From NCBI RefSeq assembly GCF_902713615.1, contig NC_052154.1, forward strand, positions 43,753,306 through 43,817,305: 64,000 bases of DNA, written 5' to 3'. This DNA is from Scyliorhinus canicula (Eukaryota). The translations under genes and the position numbers were made by a program. Positions within the stretch are counted from its first letter, which is position 1. The number at the start of each line of letters is the position of its first letter. This document shows, piece by piece, positions 27,501 through 39,500 of this stretch. The notes under the pieces were generated by a model. That model had not been told where the DNA came from, did not search any database, and saw only the letters and a list, made by a program, of their open reading frames with translations.

Positions 27501-30500
27501 GGCAAAGCCATACTGAGGCCTGTCCTGTCTCACCTCTAAAATGCAGGCAGGGCATTAGAGGGCTAGCAGTGCTTAATTGAAGGAAGATGGTCCTGCAGCC
27601 AACAGGAAGGCAACACCCACAATTCTGTGCAAGATCACCGCCCAAGCACGTCTCAACTAATGTCTCCCAATTTCAACCCGAAAGCTATGTCCTGAAATGC
27701 ACTAGACCCCTCAGGTTAGTGGGATTCCCTTTTGGAAAATTACAGCTTGTACAGCACTCGGTCAATACCCTGGAATGTTCTACCTTAAGAGAGCACCACC
27801 ACCACCACATGAAATATTGTGGTTCAAGGACACAGGCCACGATTATCTTTTCAGGGCAACTGGAGTGGGGCAATAAATGAAGCCTGGCCAAAGTCACCAA
27901 CGTTTTGAAAACAAGCTGACAAAAGATTAATTATTTACCTTTTATTTTCCTGCTGTAAAAATTAAATGTTGCAACGCACACAACTGCTGTGATGACACAA
28001 GTTAGAAGAAAAGTGAGCAATATTCCTGATCTTGGCTTGGATCCTGTAAAAATGCAAGACCCAAAGATGCGTTATTGATTATTCACTGCTTTTTCACTGT
28101 GCTTGTGACAGAAAACAGAGTTTGCAATTTAGTTGCATAAAGCATCATCACACATTCATAACTGAAAGCAGATTTTACTGATAAATAATGCACCAACTCC
28201 TACTTCATTTATAATTTTTAGTGAAATGGCCAACACATTTGTTGGAAAGTCAAGTGGCCTTACTGTACTCCATTTTAAAAAGTAAAACTTTTGACATTTT
28301 AAACATGTCAGTATTTTGTTACTTCATAAATGGAATTCTTTCAACAAAAATGCAAATCTGAAACTTGTGACTGTTCAGTGACTGCACAGCCATTTGGATT
28401 GTGAAGCCAATATGAAAATAATTATTTATTCTACCCAGTCTCACGCTGCACCCAGGCTATGTTGCACCTGATGCTCCAGGCCTTCATTTAGAAAATAACA
28501 CTTTTCCTTTTCTACCCCAAGGATCGAGGGCTGCCTTGCTGATATTAAGCGCAGGATTCTCCATCCATTCATGCCAGTGGGATTCTCCAGTTCCACTGTA
28601 GTGAATGGAAGATTTGGCTGAGTCCCAAATTCCCCGTCCTCACGAGGATCGGTAGCAGGACGGATTCGCAACAGAGGAATCCTGCCTAAAAATGGGATGT
28701 GGTGTTACTAAAATAAAAGTCACATGTTGACAAGTAGCATTATGACATGACAATGCATTGTGAAAGAATAGCTTTGGGAACAGTTTTAAAAACTTATACA
28801 TCTAGGCTTGCAAAAGATTGGCTTCCTATGGCTTGCGTATAAGATTCAGGGCCAAACCCTGAGATGGATTACCAATAAAGGAGGCGCCAAAGAGAAATGC
28901 TCCAGGTTACATTGATTTGTCACTAAATGCCATGTAGGGTAAGTCATTATAATGCTGACATTCTTCTTTGATAAAGTCCCTCAAATGCACACAAGCTGAA
29001 GGCAGATGTCTGTCTAATAGCATATAAGATATCTGAGGCTTGCAATCACTAATCCTGGAAGGTGTCAAATGGAAGCAACACTCTCACCACTGGGCCCAGT
29101 ATCCAAGATGATTGGCTTGCAGAAAGGCAAACAATTGCTCCCAAACTATGCAATCATGTATGATGTGTGCCAATATTATGGTTAGAAAGAAAATTTCAAT
29201 GTTCTCACATATTTTATTGTCAGTTCTGATGCTCACTTCACCATTGTGAGCAGCATTTGGCGTAAATTAAGTACATAGCATAACTTGCATTTGTCAATCA
29301 TCTGTTGGCAAAATAGTTACAAGCATCTTGAGGGTGAGGATGAAATTGGATCTCTTTGGGATTAGAGTGATTCCAAGATGAAACAAGTGATAGTAGCAAT
29401 TCAGAACAAATTAAATTCTCCGTGACAGACGTGAAATCTAGTATCTGTGGGAAATGGAATCTAAGCACTGAGGGGAGTATTAGTGTCCTCCCGTGCAGCC
29501 TGGCTCACTAATTGACCCCAGATGGGGTAGACAATGGGCTGGATATTTCCCCATTGGTTGTGGAATTGTCTGGAGTCAATGAGTGTATTTTAACTGCAAA
29601 ACCACTTCTATGTTCAGCAGTTTAACAAAAACTTCGCTCTGCCATCCGAAGCCTGCTGGACTTGGGAGAGTGAGGTGTGCTCTAAAGGGGCAATTGCTTA
29701 CATACCATATTGAAATTCTAGGTGCAGTTTAATTCCAAGAGTCTGAAACATGGTGACAGATTTTTGTATCTGCCAACAGGTAAATGATAAATAGGTAAAA
29801 AAAAACTACTTGGTTGAATGATTATGAAGGATAATTATAAAAAGCCTTTTCCTCATAATGGTAAAACTGGTCCCTTGCATATTTTGACACAGGAAAGCAG
29901 AACCCACATCACTCAGATGTAATATTGATACTGCTTTGTTGTCTTGTACATTTCTAATAAATTCATGTGCAAGTTTATCAGTATTTCTAGCCCTGTGAGC
30001 TGTGAAAAACATTCACAAATACAGTGGAGCAAAGAGCAAACTGAATGAAGAAGAAAACCTGGGCCAGAATTAAAATAGCACAAGGTTCATTGCAAAGAAT
30101 AGTGGCGGGATTCACCGTTTCAAAAACTAAGGGCGCGATTCTCCCAAAACGGGAGAAATCGTAAAGCTGCCGTAAAACCCGGGCGGGTTTGACGCCAGCG
30201 CGCCCCTTCCCGACCGGGGACCGATTCTGGTCCCCGGTCGGGGCTAGCAGCCCGACGCCGTAGGCTCCAGCATGACGGGCTTAACGAATATCGTTGAGCC
30301 CGCTTGCCGGAGTTAGCGCCGGCTGACGCGTCATATGACGTCAGCCGCGCATGCGCGGTTTGGAAGACTCCAACCCACGCATGCGCGGATTACGTCATCG
30401 CGTATTTGCGCGAAACCCGCGCATGCGCGGGCCGGGTTGCCCCTCAGCCGCCCCGCGAATGGATACTGCGGGGCGGCGGAAGGAGAAAGAGTGCGCGGGC

Positions 30501-33500
30501 ATCGGGCCCGCGATCGGTGCCCACCGATCGCGGGCCCATGGCACCCTTGGCACGGCCGTGCCAATCGGTGCCATGGTTATGAAAAGCGAGTTTGTGACGC
30601 CGTTTTTACGAACGGCCAGACCAGGTGTGTTTGCCGTTCGTAAAAACGGCGTAAAGGGCTGGGACTTCGGCCCATCGAACAGCTGTGAATCGCTGCCGGC
30701 CGTAAAAAAACGGCGGCAGCGATTCGGGTCGGGAGTTGGGCGGGGGTTGGGGGAGAATAGCGGGAGGGCGGGAAAAATGTCGGGAAGGCCCTCCCGCTAT
30801 TCTCCGACCCGTCGTGGGGGTCGGAGAATTTCACCCTAAGTGTTGACGCTGGGACTGAATCAGTGGTGTTCTATGGCAGCAAAACTGGCACTGTTTCCAG
30901 AGCAATTCATCAACTGTGAATGGGCTAGCACTGGTACCACGTTATTCCAATGAAAAATGGTGTCGGAGTCGCCGGGGTTGAGACTCAAGAGGCTGACAAG
31001 CTGCAGCCGCATATTAGCACTCCACTCTCCACACACATTCATCCCAGCCAATAAGGTGGCACTGGTTGCGCTGGAGCACGCCCATTCCATTGATAGGTCG
31101 GCTGGTTTAGCCTGGGGAAGCACCCATGCAACATGTGGCACTCGGTTCACAGTGCGCAATCAGCGGCATGTGCAACCACATAGCTGCCTTGCAGGCTGCA
31201 GCGATGATATTCCTTGCCCATCCACCCTGACCCCGCGGTCCACCTCCTGGCCACTTCCCCAGTCCTGGCAGATGCCCCTCGTCCAGTGGCACAACTATGA
31301 GCACACTATGGCGCTGTGGGAAACTTTCCGTACCCCCTCTCTCTCCCTCAGCAGCCACGCCGCCTGTTTCCTGATTTTTGAAACTACAAGTGAACCTTGC
31401 CGTCGGTAATTCCTCCTACTGGAGGCGGAGCATCATGAAGGCCCCGGAGAATACCTGGCTAATAATATGCCAACGGCATTTACTGTATATGCTGAGTAGA
31501 ACGCACTGACACCGCTATCGAGGCATCGGAACATGGCATTCTGGTGGCCGCCATCATTTTGGTCTCACGGCCGATTTGCCACCCAATCGTCTGATGTTTA
31601 CATATGTGGGAATCAGATAATGTCCTTTTATTTATAATGATCCATTTGTGTGGCTCATTTACACAAATTCAATCCAACGTTCCTAAATAAAAATAAAACA
31701 TAATGCCTACTACATTATAATCAAAAATGAAATGTTTTTCGCATTTATTTCACATTCTCATTTATTATTACTCACCTTTGATGGTCAAACTAACAACTTT
31801 TTGTAAAGTTGTCATCAAAGCTTCATGACTAACTTGGCAGACATAGGAAGCTCCATCATCTGCCAGGGTGCCTTTGATGATCAGGAATGAAAGCAGATTA
31901 AAGGTTCCATCTTGATTTTGCTGAAGTGATCCCACAACCGCACTTGATGTGACGTCAGCTTGGTTTTCACTACCTTGGGAGCCACGTTTTAACCAAGAGA
32001 GAGAATGGTCTTCTGGATAAAAATGTTTCATCTCACAAATAATTGTTTTGTCTTCCCCGAGTTCGACGTCAATGTTTACGGTGTTTACTGAAACTGTAGG
32101 AGGTGCTACAAAGACATAAGGAATAAGGATATATACTATGTTCCTTTTATTACATGTCACCTTAAAATACAACACGGTCATGTTAACCATGCATAGGAAT
32201 GGGTGCGGACAATTTAACTCCTCAAGCCATTTTTGCCATTTAAGTAGATTAGGATTGATCTGAGACCTAACTCCCTATGCCCACCGTTGCCCCAAATGCC
32301 TTAATATTTCTGACCAACAAAAATTGGGCTGTACTAATAAAAGAAAATGCTGGCTAAACTAAGCAGATCTGGCAGATTCATATGGACTTGAAATGTTAAT
32401 TCTGTGGGTGCGATTCAGCCACCACATTTTGTCTGGTGCAATGGGTAAACCCTGTGAGAGCCCCAAATCGGGCTCCATCTCAGGCCAATTGTTACTCACC
32501 CAACTCACTCACTCCGGCGCGATCTGGATCATGCCCTTGCTAGGCGTGATCGGGCTCAGCACATTTAACTGGGACGCCGCTTTTACCCACGCCTGGGAGT
32601 CAATGACCACAGGGGCGCGATTCTCTGCTGCCCAAGACGTGTCGGAGAATAGCGGGAGGGCCTTCCCGACATTTTTCCCGCTATTCTCCCCCCCCCCCCC
32701 CACGGCCGCCCTACGACACGAATCGCTGCTCGCCGGTTTTTACGGCGAACAGCGATTATCCCCAGGCCGATGGGCCGAGTTCCCAGGCCTTTACGGCCGT
32801 TTTCACGAACGTAATCACACCTGCTCTCACCATTCATGAAAACGGCCGCAAAGTGCCGTCCCGGACAACCATGGCACCGATTGGCACGGCCGCAACACGG
32901 CCGTGCCAAGGGTGGCATGGGCCTGCGATCGGTGGGCACCGATCGCGGGCAGCGGGTCCGATACCCGCGCACTATTTGTTCCTCCGCCGCCCCGCAGGGT
33001 CAGTCTGTGGGGCGGCTGAGGGGAATGACGGCCCGCGCATGCACGGGTTTGACGCATCTGCGTGATGACGTCATCCGCGCATGTGCGGGTTGGAGCCGTC
33101 CAACCCGCACATGCGCGGCTGATGTCATCGTGCACGTCAGCCGCCGTGACGCCTGGCACGCGGGCTTAGCGACGGTCGCTAAGCCCGCGATGCCGTTCTT
33201 CACGGGGCCGCGCTGCTAGCCCCGCCCGGGGGGGGGGGGGGAGAATCAGGTCCCGGGAAGGGGCGCGGAGGCTGCCGTGAAACACGGCCAGTTTCACGGG
33301 AGCCTTTACGACTCGCCGCATTTGCGGAGAATCGCGCCCACTGATTCCTCGACCAGGAGCTATTAAGCACGGGTCTCCACAAACATGGACCAGGCATGAC
33401 AGTACCTCGGGAGATCTTGCGGGCCATTAGAGGCTCCTGGGTGGTCGGGCACAGGGCAAGATGGTACTCTGGTACTCCCCCTGGCAATCTTGGCACTGCC

Positions 33501-36500
33501 ACCGTGGCAGTGACATCTTGGCAATGCCTGGGTTCCCGCATGGCACTGCCAGGGTACTCGGCAGACAGTACCAAGGTGTCAGGGTGTCAGGTTGGCACTG
33601 CCAGGTTTGGGCCCAGGCCCGGGGGGGGGGTTCCTTGTTCATTGGAGGGGAGGTGATGGGGGTCCCAAGGGCCACGGGAAGGTTGGGGGTGGGGGTGAGA
33701 GGGGAAGTCCAGAAAGCGGGGATGGGAGGGGAGTGTAAGGGGATGGGAGGGGACTTTTAAGGGGGGGAATGTAATGATCGGGACAACCGTTCAATACAGC
33801 ATCCTGATCTGCGAGGGGCTGGCACAGCTGGCAAGCCAGTGCAGGATATCCACTAAAGTGTGGCCTCGGTGCTGAGTAACTCTCTGAGGCCAAAAACAAA
33901 GGCCAAAGTGCTGGTGAATAACGGGGTAAATCTCAGCGTTGCAACTGCCGTGAAACACCCCGCCAAACGCGCCCGAAAGTGGACCTTTTTTTATGTCCGC
34001 TGAATTTCGCCCTGTTTCTCTCTCCACAGTTGCTGCTTAGTTTATCCAGCATTTTCTCTTTGCATTTCAGAATTCCAACATCCATACTATGTTGGGCAGG
34101 TAGTGATGTAATGGTATTGTCCCTGGACAAGTAATCCAGAAACCCAGGGTAATGCTCTGGCGACCTGGGTTTGAATCCCGCCAGGACAAATGATGGAATT
34201 TGAAATCAAGAAAAAAATTTCTGGAATTAAAAGCCTAATGATGACCATGAAACCATTGTTGATTGTCGTAAAAGAAAAACCCATCTGGTTCACTAATGTT
34301 CTTTAGGGAAGGAAGTCTGTCATCCTTATCTGGTATGGCGTACATGTGACTTCAGACCCACAGCAATGTGGGTGACTCTTAAATGTCTCAGGGATGGCCA
34401 ATAAATGCTGGCCCAGCTAGCGCCGCCCATATCCCATAAACAAATAAAGCAAAGTATTTTGTTTTTAATATAAAAATTAGGCTATCACAGGTTTAAATTT
34501 AGAATTGATCTTGCGCTAATTACTATCTTACTATCTTCAAATGAAAGCTCCAAACTTTTACCATTTGCATGGAAAAGTGTTTCCTTATCTCACTTCTGGA
34601 AGGACTGGTTCCAAATTTAGATTATGCCCCTCCACCGGCACTTCATTCCCCTTTCCCTCAGCCCCACATTGTAAACTCCTCTCTCCATACCGTTTAATAC
34701 AGTATCTTGGAATTAGTGAATTATAACATTTCTGTACAAGAGCATATTTTGATCTGTTGACTTACGTCCACTCGGAACAAAACTGCAACTGCTCAATTGA
34801 TGAGATGTTTCGCCCAGCTGTTAAAGCTTGCAGAGGATAAACAACATTACACCAGCTCACATTGCTGTTTCTGTTTTGTTTTTACTTCCAAATAGTTGTG
34901 AGTAATTTTCCAAGGATACTGTTCTGTTGTAACAGTATCACATAACCAATTAAAATACCTACTCTGTGAGTTATGAAATGTGCCATTCATACAGTTCTAT
35001 CTGTATCCATAACTGTCCCTTGTATTCCTACAGTTCTATCTGTATCCCTAATTATCCCTCGTATTCCTACAGTTCTATCTGTATCCATAATTGTCCCACG
35101 TATTCCTACAGTTCTATCTGTATCCATACCTGTCCCTCATAGTCCTACAGTTCTATCTGTATCCATAACTGTCCCTCATATTCCAACAGCTCTATCTGTA
35201 TCCATAACTGTCCCTCGTATTCCTACAGTTCGATCTGTATCCATAACTGTCCCTCGTATCCCTAGTTTGATCTGTAAGCATAATTGTCCCTTGTATTCCT
35301 ACAGTTCGATCTGTATCCCTAATTATCCCTCGTATTCCTACATTTCGATCTGTATCCCTAATTGTCTCTTGTATTCCTACATTTCGATCTGTATCCATAA
35401 ATGTCCCTCGTATTCCTAATTCTATCTGTATCCCTAATTATCTCTTGTATTCCTAGTTCCATCTGTATCCATAACTGTCCCTCGTATTCCTACATTTTGA
35501 TCTGTATCCCTAATTATCCCTCGTATCCCTACAGTTCGATCTGTATCCATAACTATCCCACGTATTCCTACAGTTCCAGCTGCATCCATAATTGTCTCTC
35601 GTATTCCTACAGTTCGATCTGTATCCCTAATTATCCCTCGTATTCCTACATTTCGATCTATATCCCTAACTGTCTCTCGTATTCCTACATTTCGATCTGT
35701 ATCCCTAATTATCCCTCGTATCCCTACAGTTCTATCTGTATCCATACCTGTCCCTCGTATTCCTAGTTTGTTCTGTATCCATAACTGTCCTTCGTATTCC
35801 TACAGTTCTATCTGTATCCATAACTGTCCTTCGTATTCCTACAGTTCTATCTGTATCCGTAACTGTCTCTTGTATTCCTACAGTTTGATCTGTATCCCTA
35901 ACTGTCTCTCGTATTCCTTGTTCTAACTATATACCTAATTATCCCTTGTATCCCTACAGTTCCATCTGTATCCACAATTGTCCCTTGTATCCCTAGTTTG
36001 ATCTGTATCCATACCTGTCCCTCGTATTCCTGCAATTCAATCTGTATCCATAATTGTCCCTCGTTTCCCTACAGTTTGATCTGTATCCATAACTGTCCCT
36101 TGTATTCCTACAGTTCTATCTGTATCCATAATTATCCCTCGTATCCCTACAGTTTGATCTGTATCCATAACTGTCCCTTGTATTCCTACAGTTCGATCTG
36201 TATCCTTAACTGTTGTATTCCTACAGTTCTATCTGTATCCCTAATTATCCCTCGTATTCCTACAGTTCTATCTGTATCCATAATTGTCCTTCGTATTCCT
36301 ACAGTTCAATCTTTATCCATAACTGTCCCTCATATTCCAACAGCTCTATCAGCATGGTGGCACGGTGGTTGGCACTGCTGCCTCACAATACCGGAGTCCT
36401 GGTTCAATTCCGGCCTTGGGTAACGTTGTGGAATTTGCACTTTCTCCCCGTGTGTGCGTGGGTTTCCTCCGGGTGCTCCGGTTTCCTCCCACAGTCCAAA

Positions 36501-39500
36501 GATGTGCAGGTTTGGTGGATTGGCCATACTAAATTGTCCCTTAGTCCAAAGTTGTGCAGGTAAGGTGGATTGGCCATGTTAAAAATTGCCCCTTAGTGTC
36601 TAAAGATGCACAGGTTGCGTGGGGTTACGGGGATAGGGTGGGGGAATGGGTCTAGATAGGATGCTGTTTCAAACTGTCAGTGCAGACTCGCTGGGCTGAA
36701 TGGCCTCCTTCTGCACTGTAGGAATTATATGATTCTATCTATATCCATAACTGTTAGAACCCCCATGAAGACCACAAATAAACCATTTTTGATCTCCCTA
36801 TGGGACCCATGGAGCACAAGCTTCCCACGTAGATAGTGGAGGCCCCCTAGACCTACATATTAAGCCGGCCCGGAGCTGTTTGTTGGCCTAACACGGACTG
36901 GATTAGGAGAGAGTTGCGGCCGTGGGCAGAGTCTTGTATATGGTTCAATAAACCCTTGTTCCACTGCTGCTGGCTTCCTCAGCTACTAAAATAACTATCC
37001 CTCAAATTCCTACAGTTCTACCTGTATCCATAACTATCTTTCATATTCTTACAGTTTTATCTGCATACATAACCATCCCCCGTATTTCTACGGTTCTATC
37101 TGTATCCATAACAATCCCTGGTACAGATTAAATCAATGACAGAAATTAAATTGGCTAAAAAAAAATAAAATTGGTTGAATGTTGTGGTAGCAGCAAAGAA
37201 ACAGTGTTCACCTCATATTTCGATGAAAGTTGCCCACAATGAGCTAACAATCCCTGTGGCACTGTTTTCCCCTTTCCCAAAGTCAGTTTTCTGCTGTCGC
37301 TAAGTCAAGGGGTCTCAAAGCATCCAGCAGCACTGGTATAATCAAGTAGGGTGAGCAGCCAATCACACTGAAGTATTCTCATAGACAGCAAATCAGGAAG
37401 CAAAAATAACTGAATCCTTTTGACTGCTAATTTTAATTTACACCACATTCAAAAAGGTTTTCAAAATGAAACTAAAAGCTTAAGAGTGGAAGTTTTTGTT
37501 AATTCGACTTGATTGCACTCTGGGGTAATTCAACTGCGTATTCTATGGTGAAGCACTGAATTGGTTGCAGCAACTGCTGAATTTCTGCATTGAACTGCAC
37601 AGGTATGGACTCCAGACGTTGCTATCACTTTCAGATGTATAATTACGGCAAAAGAATTTCTGAAAAAACTTCACAGGAGCATTATAAACCAAAATCTTAA
37701 AACCGACCCAACTAAGGTCATATCAGGTCAGATAACCAAATATTTGATCAAAGAGGTAGGTTTTAAGACGTTTCTTGAAGAAGGAAATTGAGGTTGAGAG
37801 TGAAGAGGTGTAGGGAGGGAATTCAAGAGCTTAAGCTCGAGGCAACTGAAGGCATGGCCAACATTGGTGGAGCAATTAAAATCTGGGTTGCTCAAGACAT
37901 CAGAATTACATGAGGGCAGATATCTTAAAGGGCTGTGGTGCAGGAGGAGATTACAGAGCTACAAAGGGTTGAGGCCATGGAGGGATTTAAAAACAAGGAT
38001 GAGAATTTTAAAATCGAGATATTGTTTGACTGGGAACCATTGCAAGTCAGCAAGCACAGGGGTGATAGATTAACTGGAATTTTGAGGTTAATACATGGGC
38101 GGCAGCGTTTTAGATATGTTTACATGGGTAGAACACAGAAGGACAACCAGTAACGCATTGGAATAGTCAAGTCTAGAGGTAAAAAAGGCATGAATGAGGT
38201 TTTCTTAGCAGAAACTGAGCTGTGACAGGGGCAAAATTGAGTGATGTTATGGAGGTGGAAATAGGCAGTCTTAGTGATAGTGCAAATATGTGGTCGGAAG
38301 TTCATCTCAGGGCCAAATTCCAGGAAGGTGAATGGGACACCTTTTGCAGTCAAGTAGAATACTTATCAGAGCTTCCTCCAAATGACACAAGAGCATGGTT
38401 ACACCAAAGTTCTGAGGTCACTCCTATACTAACAAAATTCATGGGAAATACATGGTTCACCCAACATTGGTGGAGCAATTAAAATCTGGGTTGCTCAAGA
38501 CATCAGAATTACATGAGGGCAGATATCTTAAAGGGCTGTGGTGCAGGAGGAGATTACAGAGCTACAAAGGGTTGAGGCCATGGAGGGATTTAAAAACAAG
38601 GATGAGAATTTTAAAATCGAGATATTGTTTGACTGGGAACCATTGCAAGTCAGCAAGCACAGGGGTGATAGATTAACTGGAATTTTGGGGTTAATACATG
38701 GGCAGCAGCGTTTTAGATATGTTTACATGGGTAGAACACAGAAGGACAACCAGTAACGCATTGAAATAGTCAAGTCTAGAGGTAACAAAGGCATGAATGA
38801 GGTTTTGTTAGCAGAAACTGAGCTGTGACAGGGGCAAAATTGAGTGATGTTATGGAGGTGGAAATAGGCAGTCTTAGTGATAGTGCAAATATGTGGTCGG
38901 AAGTTCATCTCAGGGCCAAATTCCAGGAAGGTGAATGGGACACCTTTTGCAGTCAAGTAGAATACTGATCAGAGCTTCCTCCAAATGACACAAGAGCATG
39001 GTTACACCAAAGTTCTGAGGTCACTCCTATACTAACAAACTTCATGGGAAATACATGGTTCACTTAAAAACACTGAATTAATTAAAGAAAAAAAAAGAAA
39101 ATGCTTTTTTATTTTTACAGCGCTTTTCAAGACCACTGGACATGTCAAAGAATTTTACAGCCAATTAATTTATTTTTGAAACTCAGCTCTTGCTGTAATG
39201 CAGGAAACATGGCACCAACTGTAATGCAGGAAACATGGCACCAACTGTAATGCAGGAAACATGGCACCAATTTGCATACAGCAAACTCCCACAAACAGCA
39301 ATCTTTCACCCATTGTTCATTATATAAAGCTGTAACTGAACTTTCTCTATCAACAAATTGTACTTAAATCTATTTTCTGATTCTATTTTGGGTTACATGT
39401 ACAAATATATGAATTAGCAGGAGTAGGCCATTCGACCCTCTAACCTGCTCCGTCATTCAATAAGACCGTGGCTAATCTGACTGACCTCAACTTCACCTAC

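Noticed and set aside
24143-28043. Two separate neighbouring genes (B7-like and NLR)
   Set aside because: Not excluded, but disfavoured. The TM exon ends in a phase-1 donor with no stop. C1* and CARD begin with phase-1 acceptors, and the CARD exon's internal Met has a weak Kozak context. No terminal exon or second promoter was recognised.
30304-33219. Many overlapping GC-rich ORFs in MITEs
   Set aside because: Stop-poor palindromic CpG-rich repeat sequence with no protein-like signal.
34973-36423. Long repetitive ORFs, and resemblance to a CRISPR array
   Set aside because: These result from a 39-bp (13-codon) tandem repeat with no unique spacers, in eukaryotic intronic DNA.
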